Positions 1 through 17,801 of a stretch of DNA of 64,000 bases are shown in pieces (positions within the stretch are counted from its first letter, which is position 1; each line of letters begins with the position of its first letter). Under the pieces are notes generated by a model. It saw only the letters and a program-made list of their open reading frames with translations, was not told where the DNA came from and did no database searches. Source of the stretch: Escherichia coli (GTDB lineage Bacteria; Pseudomonadota; Gammaproteobacteria; Enterobacterales; Enterobacteriaceae); assembly GCF_030384885.1 (NCBI RefSeq), contig NZ_CP128613.1; one strand, written 5' to 3'. Position numbers and translations under genes: made by a program.

Positions 1-401
1 AAAACGCGTTTCTGTCGCCACGCCCAGACGGACGGACTGACGTAATGAATGGTTTTGATACCCTGCTTTTTAAGATTACCTTCGAGGGTAATATTGAAGT
101 CAGGTGCATCAATGCCGACAAAAACATCTGGCTTCAGTTCGCCAAAACGCTTTGTCAGATCGGCACGAATATGCAGTAAGCGACGCAGACGCCCGAGCAC
201 TTCAACAATGCCCATCACCGCCAGCTCTTCCATTTCGTACCAGGCTTCGCAGCCTTCGGCCTGCATTCGTGGCCCGGCAACACCAACAAATCGGGCGTTG
301 GGCACACGTTCTTTCAGAGCACGGATTAAACCGGCCCCCAGGATATCGCCGGAGGTTTCTCCGGCGACCAGGGCAATCGTTAATGGACGCTGTTCAGTCA
401 T
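1..401 (-). CDS. lpxB: Lipid-A-disaccharide synthase LpxB, N-terminal part only (rest of gene lies beyond window start)
   Basis: Reverse complement of 1..401 reads [68 protein letters not shown]..., the LpxB N-terminus as I recall it; start overlaps lpxA stop; not in ORF track because truncated at window edge. Confidence 0.85.
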   Translation of the reverse strand, partial: MTEQRPLTIALVAGETSGDILGAGLIRALKERVPNARFVGVAGPRMQAEGCEAWYEMEELAVMGIVEVLGRLRRLLHIRADLTKRFGELKPDVFVGIDAPDFNITLEGNLKKQGIKTIHYVSPSVWAWRQKRV

Positions 402-1189
402 TAACGAATCAGACCGCGCGTTGAGCGTGCAAAGAAATCGGTAAACGCTTTCACTTCCGGATATGTTTCCGCCAGTTCGGCAATTTCCGGTTTCACTTCA
501 TCGAGCGTTTTACCGCTGCGATAAATCAGCTTATACGCATTGCGGATAGCGGTAATCGCCTCACGGCTGAATCCGCGGCGCTTCAGCCCTTCGATGTTGA
601 CACCGAACGGCGTTGCGTGGTTACCCTGCGCAATGACATAAGGAGGGACGTCCTGCGCCACACCGGAACAGCCGCCAACCATCACGTGCGCACCAATGAT
701 GCAGAACTGATGGACTGCGGTCATGCCGCCGATGATCGCGAAGTCGTCTACCGATACATGACCCGCCAGCGTTGCGTTGTTGGCGAGGATGCAGCGGTTA
801 CCTACCGTACAATCGTGCGCAATGTGCGCGTTGATCATCAGTAAGTTGTCGCTGCCCACCTTCGTCAATCCACCGCCCTGGACTGTGCCACGATGAATGG
901 TGACGCTTTCGCGAATGCGGTTACGATCGCCGATTTCCACACGGGTCGGTTCGCCAGCATATTTAAGATCCTGGTTGACTTCGCCGATGGAGGCGAACTG
1001 ATAAATCTCATTGTCGCGGCCAATTTTAGTATGACCATTCACGACAACGTGAGATTTCAGTACGGTACCCTCACCAATTTCGACATGGGGTCCAACGATA
1101 CAAAAAGGACCAATGTGAGCATTGGCGGCAATCGATGCGCCCTCTTCCACAATGGCGGTTGGATGCACAAAGGCGGATTTATCAATCAC
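401..1189 (-). CDS. lpxA: UDP-N-acetylglucosamine O-acyltransferase
   Basis: Track ORF 262 aa, [33 protein letters not shown] hexapeptide-repeat acyltransferase; position in lpxD-fabZ-lpxA-lpxB cluster. Confidence 0.95.
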   Translation of the reverse strand: MIDKSAFVHPTAIVEEGASIAANAHIGPFCIVGPHVEIGEGTVLKSHVVVNGHTKIGRDNEIYQFASIGEVNQDLKYAGEPTRVEIGDRNRIRESVTIHRGTVQGGGLTKVGSDNLLMINAHIAHDCTVGNRCILANNATLAGHVSVDDFAIIGGMTAVHQFCIIGAHVMVGGCSGVAQDVPPYVIAQGNHATPFGVNIEGLKRRGFSREAITAIRNAYKLIYRSGKTLDEVKPEIAELAETYPEVKAFTDFFARSTRGLIR

Positions 1190-1192
1190 GTA

Positions 1193-1648
1193 TCAGGCCT
1201 CCCGGCTACGAGCACACATCATCGTTGCTTCGCAAACTACTTTACCGTCGACCAGAGCAACCCCTTTAAAACGGGTCAGGCCGCGGCGCGTTTTTTCGAA
1301 AGTGACTTCCATGATCATTTGATCGCCTGGCACGACCGGGCGCTTGAAGCGCGCTTCGTCAATACCGGCGAAGTAGTACAGCTCGCCCGGTTCCAGTTTT
1401 CCTACGCTCTTAAACGCCAGAATACCTGTTGCCTGTGCCATTGCTTCAAGAATAAGCACACCCGGGAAAATCGGTTTTCCAGGAAAATGGCCCTGGAAGA
1501 ATGGCTCATTGACAGAGACATTTTTTACTGCGCGCAGAAAACGACCTTCTTCAAAATCCAGCACGCGATCCACCAGTAAGAACGGGAAACGGTGCGGCAG
1601 AAGTTCTAAAATCTCTTCAATCTGCAGAGTATGAGTGTTAGTAGTCAA
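1193..1648 (-). CDS. fabZ: 3-hydroxyacyl-ACP dehydratase FabZ; probable TTG start giving 151 aa
   Basis: Track ORF 1193..1741 contains ...[34 protein letters not shown]; the known protein begins MTTNTHTL so start placed at the in-frame TTG (residue 32 of track ORF); start coordinate from track arithmetic. Confidence 0.88.
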
Positions 1649-1752
1649 GATACTCTTCCTGTCAAAATATAAGAAACGACAATAATAACACGGCCTGCCG
1701 CAATCGTAAGAATGAGACAGGCCGTAAAGTTTGGCGAACAAAAGATGGAACG

Positions 1753-2778
1753 TTAGTCTTGTTGATTAACCTTGCGCTCAAGCGATTTTAAACGCTTGCT
1801 CATGTCATCAATGTTCATCACCAGTGCAGCGGTTTTGCGCCAGACTTTGTTGGGTTGCAGCGGAATGCCTGAGGAATAGACGCCTGGTTCAGTGATGGGA
1901 CGCATCACCATACCCATGCCCGTAACCGTCACTTTGTCGCATATTTCCATATGCCCATTGATTACGCTGGCTCCGCCGATCATGCAGTAACGACCAATTT
2001 TCAGGCTTCCCGCCATAATGACGCCACCGGCAACCGCCGTATTGTCGCCAATCACGACGTTATGTGCAATCTGGCACTGGTTATCAATGATCACGCCATT
2101 GCCAATAACGGTGTCATCCAGCGCACCGCGATCGATAGTAGTACAGGCACCGATCTCCACGCGATCGCCAATAATTACGCGACCAATCTGTGGGATCTTC
2201 ACCCAGTTACCCCGATCGTTGGCATAGCCAAAGCCGTCTGCGCCTACCACTGTTCCGGACTGGATCAGGCAATTCTGACCGATCTGGATCTCATGGTAAA
2301 TGGTTACGTTCGCCCAGAGACGCGAACCTGCACCGATTTTGCTGTTTTTACCTACGAAGCAACCGGCACCGATAATCACGTTATCGCCCAGTTCAACGCC
2401 GGACTCAATCACCGCGTTAGCGCCAATCGATACGTTGTTACCCAGCTTCGCCGTCGCGTCAATCACTGCACTGGGTGCAATGTTCTGCGCAGGCTGCGGC
2501 GTGGTATCTAAAATTTGCGCCATGCGCGCGTAAGTCAGGTAGGGGTTCTTCACTACCAGCGCGGCACTTTTCGCGAAAGGAAGATCGTCCTGGGTCATGA
2601 CAACCGCGGACGCCTGGCACAAGCCTAAATGCTCACGGTATTTTGGGTTAACCATGAACGTGATGTGACCTGTTTGTGCAGATTGCATGGACGCAACGCC
2701 GGTGATGACGATATCGCCATCACCGTGTAGTTCTGCATCCAACTGCTGCGCTAAATCAGCCAGTCGAATTGAAGGCAT
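1753..2778 (-). CDS. lpxD: UDP-3-O-(3-hydroxymyristoyl)glucosamine N-acyltransferase
   Basis: Track ORF 341 aa, [34 protein letters not shown]..., hexapeptide repeats; synteny skp-lpxD-fabZ. Confidence 0.95.
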
Positions 2779-2781
2779 TAC

Positions 2782-3267
2782 TTATTTAACCTGTTTCAGT
2801 ACGTCAGCAGTGATGTCTTTTACATCGCTGCTGTTGTAAGCAACGGCGTTTGCATCAACAACCAGATCGATATCCTGGCTGTTGGCAACGGATTTCACAG
2901 CAGTCTGGATACGAGTAACCAGTTTGCCACGTTCTTCGTTGGAACGACGAGCGCGATCCTGCTCAAAAGCCTGCGCTTTCTGAGCAAAAGTCTGGCGCTG
3001 AGCCATCACGTCTTTTTCCAGTTTGGTACGATCGCTGCCCGCTTTCATGGACTGCAGCTTTTTCATTTTAGCCTGCAGATCGGTTTCCATACGCTGCAGT
3101 TCGCTGGCACGACCTTTGAACTCATTTTCCAGCGTGTTAGAAACACCGGTTTTCTGCGCTACCTGCTGGAACAGGCTGCCCATATTGACGATTGCAATTT
3201 TGTCAGCCGCCTGAGCAGAAGTTGCCAGTGCTAAACCGAGACCTGCAGCTAATAACCACTTTTTCAC
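2782..3267 (-). CDS. skp: Periplasmic chaperone Skp (OmpH)
   Basis: Track ORF 161 aa with signal peptide [20 protein letters not shown] and coiled-coil-like K/Q-rich body; downstream of bamA. Confidence 0.95.
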   Translation of the reverse strand: MKKWLLAAGLGLALATSAQAADKIAIVNMGSLFQQVAQKTGVSNTLENEFKGRASELQRMETDLQAKMKKLQSMKAGSDRTKLEKDVMAQRQTFAQKAQAFEQDRARRSNEERGKLVTRIQTAVKSVANSQDIDLVVDANAVAYNSSDVKDITADVLKQVK

Positions 3268-3388
3268 AATAAACTCCTTACCATCCCATTTGCACCGGAG
3301 GGTGCAGTTCTTTGCGTGGCCCGGCGATCTTATATTGATCGCCTAAAGTCATCGCTACACTACCACTACATTCCTTTGTGGAGAACAC

Positions 3389-5839
<2,451 letters not shown>

Positions 5840-5850
5840 CTAACTAACTC

Positions 5851-7203
5851 TCATAACCGAGAGAAATCATTGAAAAGTGCAAGCCCCATTAACAGCACCA
5901 GCAAAATCGAGCCAATGCGATAACAAAAGTCTTGAACCCGCTCGGATACCGGTCCGCCCTTGATCTTTTCGATCGCAAGGAACAGCAGATGCCCCCCGTC
6001 AAGTACGGGCAACGGAAACAGGTTAATTATCCCTAAGTTCACGCTAATGAGCGCAAGAAACGGCAGGTAATAAACAACCCCGAGTTCCGCTGTCATCCCA
6101 GCCCCCTTGGCGATAGAGATCGGCCCACTGAGGTTGTTCAGTTTCACATCACCGGTGATCAATTTTCCCAGCATACTGACCGTCAGCTTCATCAGCTGCC
6201 ACGTTTTGTCCGTGGCTTCGACGATAGCGTTGAACGGCCCATACTGGCGTACAACTTTATACTCATCTGGCAAAGGAATGACTTTCGGCTCAATACCGAC
6301 AAAACCAATCGCTTTACCATTACCCGGTTTACTCTCCGGGATTAATGTCAAAGACAAGGGACTCCCCTGTCTTTCGATTTCTAACGCTAAGGATTTACCC
6401 GGGTTATCCCGGACAAGCATCACAAAGGTCACCCACTGCGTTAAGGGCTGACCATCGACTTTAACGATCCTGTCGCCTGCTTGCAAACCTGCCTTACTTG
6501 CGGCCGAGTTTGGCTGCACATTTTCCAGTACAGGTTCAATTTGCGGGCCACGAGGACGAATCCCCAGCGAAGATACCGGATCTTCTTTATCAGGCTCAAA
6601 CGCCCAGTGACGTAAATCGAGCTTTACATCCCGTCGTTGGTCGCTGCCAAATGGCGCTACCGTAATGGTGGTGCTTTCATCGCCAATTTTATCGACCAAC
6701 TGCAAACGCACGGCATCCCAATCAGGCGTTTCGATACCATCTACGGCTTTTAGTTCCGTACCTGGTGCAATTTGTGCTTCCGCAGCTATCGAATTGGCTG
6801 CTATTTCGCCAACCACCGGACGTACGCCAGGTACACCAATAATAAAAACCAGCCAGTAGGCAAAGATAGCAAAAATGAAGTTTGCAACCGGACCTGCGGC
6901 AATAATCGCCGCACGTTGGCCGACAGATTTATTATTGAAGGCATGGTGGCGGAGTTCCGGAACAACCGGTTCTGCGCGCTCATCCAGCATTTTGACATAA
7001 CCGCCCAACGGGATCAGGGCGATGACATATTCGGTGCCTAGCTTATCAGTTCGGCGCCAGAGCGCCTTGCCAAAACCTATTGAGAAACGCTCAACGCGAA
7101 CACCACAACGCCGGGCAACCCAGAAATGACCAAATTCATGCACGGTGATAAGTACACCCAGTGCAACGATGAACGAAGCCAAATCCCAGAGAAAACTCAG
7201 CAT
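5851..7203 (-). CDS. rseP: Regulator of sigma-E protease RseP (site-2 protease)
   Basis: Track ORF 5851..7248; HEFGHF zinc-metalloprotease motif, PDZ regions; start moved to internal Met ([26 protein letters not shown]) to give the 450-aa protein I recall. Confidence 0.9.
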
Positions 7204-7214
7204 AATACCTTCCG

Positions 7215-8072
7215 TTAAAGCGTCCTGAATACCAGTAACAACAAGCAAGCAAAGACCGGTACCGCAGCCGTCAGACTATCAATACGATCTAAAATACCAC
7301 CGTGTCCTGGAATTAAATGACCGCTGTCCTTAATTCCTGCTTCACGCTTAAACATACTCTCGGTCAGATCGCCGAGTACTGAGGCTAACGCTGCGACAAT
7401 AGAGCAAATGAGTAAGGTGACGGGAGCGACGTCGAGATTCGCCCACATGCCATAACCCCATGAGATTACCGCTGCAGTCGCGAGTCCACCGATAAAGCCT
7501 TGCCAGGTTTTACCCGGAGAAACCTTCGGTGCCAGCTTATGTTTACCAAACAATTTGCCAAACATATATGCGCCAGAGTCAGCGCCCCATACCAGGATCA
7601 TGACATAGAGCAGCCATATTGCGCCACTGTAATGATTCTCGTCGTAGTGCCAGGCCCGTAACGCCAGCATGCCCCAGAAGAAGGGAACAATGGTTAGCAC
7701 GCCAAAAATAATGCGCAATGTTTTAGAGTTACGCCAGATTGCTGCGGAACCTGGGTAAAACAGCACCAGCAATAGCGCGACAATCCACCAACCCAGCGAA
7801 GCCCAAAGTGAGATTTCAACCAGCGGTTGATGAATATTTCGGTGATATTCCGGCAACAGAAAAAGCATCAGCGCCAACAATAACCCACATAACACCGCCA
7901 ACCATACTCGCTGCGAGCGAGTGGTAAAACCGCTAAGCTGTCCCCATTCCCACGCTGCCAGCATGCAGACCACCAGCGTTACAATGGCGAACCCCACCGG
8001 CGGCAACAGAAACAATGCCGCGATGACGACGGGTATTAACACAAAAGCAGATATCAGGCGATACTTCAGCAA
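7215..8072 (-). CDS. cdsA: CDP-diglyceride synthase (phosphatidate cytidylyltransferase)
   Basis: Track ORF 285 aa, polytopic membrane protein [23 protein letters not shown]...; synteny uppS-cdsA-rseP. Confidence 0.9.
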
Positions 8073-8084
8073 AAGCGACCCCCA

Positions 8085-8846
8085 TCAGGCTGTTTCATCA
8101 CCGGGCTCGGTGCCGCCGAAACGACGCTCTCGATTAGCAAAGGCATTTAACGCCCCTTCAAAGTCTTGTTCATCGAAATCGGGCCAGAGAACATCTGTAA
8201 AGTAAAGTTCGGCATAGGCAATTTGCCAAAGCAAAAAGTTACTAATGCGATGCTCCCCCCCAGTCCTAATTACTAAATCTACAGGGGCCAGTTCATGCAT
8301 ACAGACATGCTGGTTTAGCATCTCTTCATCTATCTGATCTGGTTGCAGGTTTCCTTGCTGCACCTTTTCAGCCAGTTGCCTGACTCCCTGGACTATATCC
8401 CAACGTCCACCGTAGTTCGCCGCAATATTCAGCGTTAGACCGGTATTTCCGGCTGTTAGCGCTTCCGATTTACGAATACGTTCTTGCAAACGCGAGTTAA
8501 AGCGACTGGTATCGCCAATAATACGCAGACGTACGTTATGTCGGTGCAGACTCTTTACTTCGCTATCAAGCGCCCACACAAACAGTTCCATTAACGCACT
8601 GACTTCCTGCGCTGGTCGGTTCCAGTTTTCACTACTAAAGGCATACAGAGTTAACGCCTCAATACCGTTGTTGGCCGCAAAAGAGACAGCCCGGCGGACG
8701 GATTTTGCCCCGGCTTTATGCCCAAAGGCACGAATCTTCCCTTGCTTTTTTGCCCAGCGACCATTGCCGTCCATAATGATCGCAACATGACGACAGCCAT
8801 GCGCTGGCAATTTTTCGCTAAGTGGTTGAGTAGCAGACAACATCAC
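8085..8846 (-). CDS. uppS: Undecaprenyl pyrophosphate synthase
   Basis: Track ORF 253 aa, HVAIIMDGNGRWAKKQGK cis-prenyltransferase signature; synteny. Confidence 0.95.
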   Translation of the reverse strand: MMLSATQPLSEKLPAHGCRHVAIIMDGNGRWAKKQGKIRAFGHKAGAKSVRRAVSFAANNGIEALTLYAFSSENWNRPAQEVSALMELFVWALDSEVKSLHRHNVRLRIIGDTSRFNSRLQERIRKSEALTAGNTGLTLNIAANYGGRWDIVQGVRQLAEKVQQGNLQPDQIDEEMLNQHVCMHELAPVDLVIRTGGEHRISNFLLWQIAYAELYFTDVLWPDFDEQDFEGALNAFANRERRFGGTEPGDETA

Positions 8847-9031
8847 GCGTTTCTTATTCCCTGACAGGGTTTACGGTACTCAGGAATACTGAAGCCTATA
8901 CAAAAAAAAGCCGTGTAAAACCACGGCATACCTGACCTTATAAAGCCAACTACTTATGGTCAGATGGCGCAGACTATATCACTGAAGCCCTACGCTAACA
9001 AATAGCACGACTCTCTGTAGCCGGATTATCC

Positions 9032-10228
9032 TCAGCTTGCGAGACGCATCACCTCTTTTCTGGCGACTTCACGCGCGTTCGCATCAACAGATAACACATC
9101 GTCCACACATTGTGGTTCGCGCATATCCATTTTTTCCAGTACGGATAAATTCAACGCGGCGATATCCGTAAAGCGGATTTGTTGCGCAAGAAAAGCAGCA
9201 ACGGTGATTTCGTTTGCGGCATTCAATGCTGTCGTCGCTGCCTGGCCTTGTTCGAACGCCTCCATCGCCAGTTTCAGGCATGGATAACGATCATAATCCG
9301 GTGCGGCAAATGTCAACGCACTGAGTTTGCAAAAATCGAGCGGCTTCACACCAGAGTTCACGCGATTCGGCCAGGCCATGGTGTGGGCAATTGGCGTACG
9401 CATATCCGGTTCACCCAACTGCGCCAGAACACTGCCGTCCTGATAACGCACCATTGAGTGAATCACTGACTGCGGATGAATCAGCACTTCCATCTGGCTG
9501 GCACTGGCGTTAAACAACCAACGCGCTTCAATGTATTCCAGACCTTTGTTCATCATGGTAGCCGAATCGACAGAAATTTTACGCCCCATCGACCAGTTCG
9601 GATGACGGCAGGCTTGATCCGGCGTCATTGTTGCCAAATCGCGCAATGGCGTCTCACGGAAAGGGCCACCAGACCCGGTAAGCAAAATGGACACCACGCC
9701 ATTTTGCTCAAGGTCAGCGTATCCCAGATTATGCTGGATAGGTTGCGGTAAACTCTGAAAAATGGCGTTATGTTCGCTATCGACTGGTAACAATTGCGCT
9801 TTACTCTGCTTTACGGCGTCCATAAACAGACGTCCGCAAGTGACCAGTGATTCTTTATTGGCCAGCAAAATGGTTTTACCCGCGCGGATCGCAGCAAGCG
9901 TAGGCAACAGGCCAGCTGCGCCAACAATAGCTGCCATCACCTGATCAACATCTTCAAGTGCTGCCATATCACAAGCTGCCTGCTGACCACTTAAGACTTC
10001 GGTGCGGCTACCCTGTTGCTGTAGCATCGTTTTAAGAAGTTTCGCACTCGCTTCATCGTCCATTACGGCATAGCGGGGAGAGAATTCCAGGCACTGCTCT
10101 ACCATGCGAGTGACATTTTTGCCTGCCACCAGCGCAACTACGCGGAAGTGTTCGGGATTATGGCGCACCACGTCCAGCGTGCTGCAACCAATCGAGCCGG
10201 TCGAGCCCAGAATGGTGAGTTGCTTCAT
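9032..10228 (-). CDS. dxr: 1-deoxy-D-xylulose 5-phosphate reductoisomerase
   Basis: Track ORF 398 aa, [39 protein letters not shown]; synteny frr-dxr-uppS. Confidence 0.95.
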
Positions 10229-10261
10229 GAAACATCCAGAGTTGAGACAGAATAAAAAGCA

Positions 10262-10306
10262 AAACGCCGCCAGCCGATCCGCAAGGATCTACTGAGCGGC
10301 GTTTTT
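10262..10306 (-). terminator. Terminator-like structure after frr (nested hairpins, U-tracts on both strands)
   Basis: AACGCCGC ... GCGGCGTT outer stem enclosing GATCC-gcaa-GGATC; TTTTT on + side and TTGCTTTTT on - side. Confidence 0.45.
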
Positions 10307-10319
10307 GTCGTTCAAGAAA

Positions 10320-10877
10320 TCAGAACTGCATCAGTTCTGCTTCTTTGTCTGCCAGCGCCGCTTCAATTTTCTTGATTGCAGCATCAGTCAGTTTCTGTAC
10401 ATCGTCCTGAGAACGGCGATCGTCGTCTTCGCTGATCTCTTTATCTTTCAACAGTGCTTTCACTTTGTCGTTCGCGTCACGACGCACGTTACGTACTGCA
10501 ACACGCGCTTGTTCTGCTTCACCACGAACAATTTTGGTCAGATCTTTACGACGTTCTTCCGTCAGCGGCGGCAGCGGAACACGGATGTCGCTACCCGCAG
10601 AGTTCGGGTTCAGGCCAAGATCGGACGCCATAATCGCTTTTTCAACGGCCGGAGACATTGAACGATCAAACACGTTGATTTTCAGAGTACGGGAATCTTC
10701 TACCGTTACGCTTGCCAGCTGACGCAGCGGCGTCGGCGTGCCGTAATATTCCACGACAATGCCATCCAGCAGGCTGGGAGAAGCACGACCCGTGCGTATT
10801 TTGCTGATTTGGGTTTTGAACGCTTCTACGCATTTGTCCATGCGTACTTCAGCATCTTTTCTGATATCGCTAATCAC
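10320..10877 (-). CDS. frr: Ribosome recycling factor
   Basis: Track ORF 185 aa, [40 protein letters not shown]; synteny pyrH-frr. Confidence 0.95.
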
Positions 10878-11168
10878 GTTACGAATCCTTGAAAACTTGT
10901 CTCAGTCAGACCAGACAGTCACACACAGTGGAAGTGTGCTAAGTATAGCCCTGATTAAACATATTACGGGTAATCGTCTGGATTATTAGGCTATTTTATT
11001 TGCCATTTTGGCCCCGGGCAGTGCTCGCCATCCTCACGTACTTGTGTACGCTCCGGTTGCTGCGCGCTGGCCGTGACCAAACTGCCTGCAACAATAACGC
11101 CTTATAACCAGACTTACGCCCCCGCGATACTTACGCGGAATCTTACCCTTATTTATCCATCACGGGAA

Positions 11169-11894
11169 TTATTCCGTGATTAAAGTCCCTTCTTTTTCAC
11201 CCATTACCACACGGCGCAGCGCACCCGGTTTGTTCATGTTGAAAACACGAATCGGTAATTTATGGTCACGAGCCAGCGTGAAGGCCGCCAGGTCCATGAC
11301 TTTCAGCTCTTTTTCCAGCACTTCGCTGTAAGTCAGTTGCTCGTACATGGTTGCGGTTGGATCTTTCGCCGGATCAGCGGTAAACACGCCGTCAACTTTG
11401 GTTGCTTTCAGCACCACATCAGCTTCAATTTCGATACCACGCAGGCAAGCTGCTGAGTCGGTGGTAAAGAACGGGTTACCTGTACCGGCGGAGAAGATCA
11501 CCACACGGTTGTTGCGCAACAGGCTGATAGCTTCTGCCCAGCTGTAGCTGTCGCACACGCCATTCAATGGAATAGCGGACATCAGACGAGCGTTCACATA
11601 GGCGCGGTGCAGTGCATCACGCATTGCCAGGCCGTTCATTACGGTCGCCAGCATCCCCATGTGGTCGCCCACAACGCGGTTCATACCCGCTTTCGCCAGA
11701 CCAGCGCCACGGAACAGGTTACCCCCACCAATCACCACACCAACCTGAATACCCAGTTCAACCAGTTCTTTGATTTCCTGAGCCATGCGATCCAGTATGC
11801 TTGCATCAATACCGAAGCCTTCCGTGCCCTGCAGAGCTTCGCCACTCAACTTAAGCAGAATGCGTTTATAGACGGGTTTTGCATTGGTAGCCAT
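11169..11894 (-). CDS. pyrH: Uridylate (UMP) kinase
   Basis: Track ORF 241 aa, [23 protein letters not shown]...; synteny tsf-pyrH. Confidence 0.95.
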   Translation of the reverse strand: MATNAKPVYKRILLKLSGEALQGTEGFGIDASILDRMAQEIKELVELGIQVGVVIGGGNLFRGAGLAKAGMNRVVGDHMGMLATVMNGLAMRDALHRAYVNARLMSAIPLNGVCDSYSWAEAISLLRNNRVVIFSAGTGNPFFTTDSAACLRGIEIEADVVLKATKVDGVFTADPAKDPTATMYEQLTYSEVLEKELKVMDLAAFTLARDHKLPIRVFNMNKPGALRRVVMGEKEGTLITE

Positions 11895-12002
11895 GTTTCT
11901 TTCCTGAGACTGTCAACGATTGAAATGAATTAATACCGGCGACATTGTACGTCGCTTTTCAGCGCAGCCCCATAAGGGTTAGCTGAATTTACAAGATGGG
12001 CG

Positions 12003-12028
12003 CAAAAAGAAGCCGCCCTCAGGCGGCT
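12003..12028 (-). terminator. Intrinsic terminator after tsf
   Basis: AGCCGCC-ctca-GGCGGCT hairpin with T-run on the minus strand just downstream of the tsf stop. Confidence 0.55.
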
Positions 12029-12040
12029 CCTTTTCGATAA

Positions 12041-12892
12041 TTAAGACTGCTTGGACATCGCAGCAACTTCTGCTGCAAAGTCAGTCTCAACTTTCTCGAT
12101 GCCTTCACCCACTTCGAAGCGGATGAAGCCAGTCACTTCAGCGTTATGCTCTTTCAGCAGCTGACCAACAGTTTTGCTTGGTTCCATAACGAACGGCTGA
12201 CCGGTCAGAGAAACTTCGCCGGTGAATTTCTTCATGCGGCCTTCAACCATTTTCTCTGCGATTTCTTTCGGCTTACCAGACTGCATCGCGATATCCAGCT
12301 GTACCTGGTATTCTTTTTCTACCACTTCAGCGGATACATCTTCTGGTTTGATGAATTCTGGTTTGCTTGCAGCAACGTGCATAGCGATGTGTTTAACCAG
12401 CTCTTCGTCAGCGCCTTTAGCAGCAACCAGAACGCCGATACGCGCACCGTGCTGATAAGAACCCAGAACGTCGCCTTCCAGCGCAGCAACGCGGCGAATG
12501 TTGATGTTTTCACCAATTTTCGCTACCAGCGCAACACGTTCTTCTTCGAACTGTGCTTTCAGAACTTCAACGTCAGTGATTTTGCCAGCAACAGCTGCGT
12601 CCAGAACTTTGTCTGCGAACGCCTGGAAACCAGCGTCTTTTGCAACGAAGTCAGTCTGGCAGTTAACTTCCAGAATGATGCCGTAGTTGCCGTCGATTTT
12701 GGTTTTGATCACGCCGTCAGCAGCAACGTTGCCTGCTTTTTTCGCTGCTTTAATAGCACCGGACTTACGCATGTTTTCGATTGCCAGCTCGATGTCGCCG
12801 TTAGCTTCAGTCAGTGCTTTTTTGCAATCCATCATGCCTGCGCCAGTACGCTCACGCAGCTCTTTTACCAGGGATGCGGTAATTTCAGCCAT
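12041..12892 (-). CDS. tsf: Elongation factor Ts
   Basis: Track ORF 283 aa, [45 protein letters not shown]; downstream of rpsB. Confidence 0.95.
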
Positions 12893-13149
12893 TCTAAAAT
12901 CCTCGGAGATGTGATCTGCCCGGCATTAAACCGCACAGATATAAAAGTGAAAAAGGGGGCCATATGCAGGCCCCCTAACCAAACGTGTACTACCTGGTCT
13001 ATAAGGGCTCTCCCCCTTCATATTTCGCGCCGCAGATGCGTTGTCTTCGCTCGCTCATCCCGGTCACTTACTGATGTAAGTTCCCGGGAATTCTCGAGCT
13101 TGCCGCCTTTCTGCAACTCGAACTATTTTGGGGGAGTTATCAAGCCTTA

Positions 13150-14097
<948 letters not shown>

Positions 14098-14242
14098 TCA
14101 GACGATGAATTTTCTATTATAGAAAACGTTCAGTGGCACGTTTGGCGAAATTCAGAATGATTCTCAATTTGCCCGGGTGTGATACCATTGACGACACTTA
14201 CATATATATTGTCGGTATCACCGACGCTGATGGACAGAATTA

Positions 14243-15037
14243 ATGGCTATCTCAATCAAGACCCCTGAAGATATCGAAAAAATGCGCGTCGCTGGCCGAC
14301 TGGCTGCCGAAGTGCTGGAAATGATCGAACCGTATGTTAAACCGGGCGTCAGCACCGGCGAGCTGGATCGCATCTGTAATGATTACATTGTTAATGAACA
14401 ACACGCGGTTTCTGCCTGCCTCGGCTATCACGGCTATCCGAAATCCGTGTGTATCTCTATTAATGAAGTGGTATGCCACGGTATCCCGGACGACGCCAAG
14501 CTGCTGAAAGATGGCGATATCGTTAACATCGACGTCACTGTAATCAAAGATGGTTTCCACGGCGATACCTCAAAAATGTTTATCGTCGGTAAGCCAACCA
14601 TCATGGGCGAACGTCTGTGCCGCGTAACGCAAGAGAGCCTTTACCTGGCGCTGCGCATGGTAAAACCGGGCATTAATCTGCGCGAAATCGGTGCGGCGAT
14701 TCAGAAATTTGTCGAAGCAGAAGGCTTCTCCGTCGTTCGTGAATATTGCGGACACGGTATTGGTCGCGGCTTCCACGAAGAACCGCAGGTGCTGCACTAT
14801 GACTCCCGTGAAACCAACGTCGTGCTGAAACCGGGGATGACCTTCACCATCGAGCCAATGGTCAACGCGGGCAAAAAAGAGATCCGCACCATGAAAGATG
14901 GCTGGACGGTAAAAACCAAAGATCGCAGCTTGTCTGCACAATATGAGCATACTATTGTGGTGACCGATAACGGCTGCGAAATTCTGACGCTACGCAAGGA
15001 TGACACCATCCCAGCGATAATCTCGCACGAAGAATAA
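14243..15037 (+). CDS. map: Methionine aminopeptidase
   Basis: Track ORF 264 aa, MAISIKTPEDIEKMRVAGRLAAEVLEMIEPYVKPGVSTGELDRICNDYIV. Confidence 0.95.
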   Translation: MAISIKTPEDIEKMRVAGRLAAEVLEMIEPYVKPGVSTGELDRICNDYIVNEQHAVSACLGYHGYPKSVCISINEVVCHGIPDDAKLLKDGDIVNIDVTVIKDGFHGDTSKMFIVGKPTIMGERLCRVTQESLYLALRMVKPGINLREIGAAIQKFVEAEGFSVVREYCGHGIGRGFHEEPQVLHYDSRETNVVLKPGMTFTIEPMVNAGKKEIRTMKDGWTVKTKDRSLSAQYEHTIVVTDNGCEILTLRKDDTIPAIISHEE

Positions 15038-15042
15038 GATGA

Positions 15043-15067
15043 AGCCGGCGAATGCCGGCTTTTTTAA
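15043..15067 (+). terminator. Intrinsic terminator after map
   Basis: AGCCGGC-gaat-GCCGGCT hairpin followed by TTTTTTAAT, read directly. Confidence 0.6.
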
Positions 15068-15080
15068 TACGATAATTTAA

Positions 15081-17771
<2,691 letters not shown>

Positions 17772-17801
17772 TGTGTTTACTGATATGAAAAGAGTTTAAC
17801 A

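Noticed and set aside
49-444. 131-aa and 106-aa + strand ORFs at the window start
   Set aside because: They lie antisense to the lpxB 5' coding region, whose reverse-complement translation is clearly LpxB; Arg/Ser-rich artefact frames.
893-1579. 228-aa + strand ORF overlapping lpxA and fabZ
   Set aside because: Antisense to two conserved genes; no domain signature.
7203-7248. Apparent overlap of the rseP track ORF with the cdsA 3' end
   Set aside because: Removed by placing the rseP start at the internal Met (MLSFLWDL...), which matches the known N-terminus; the upstream extension is an artefact of ORF calling.
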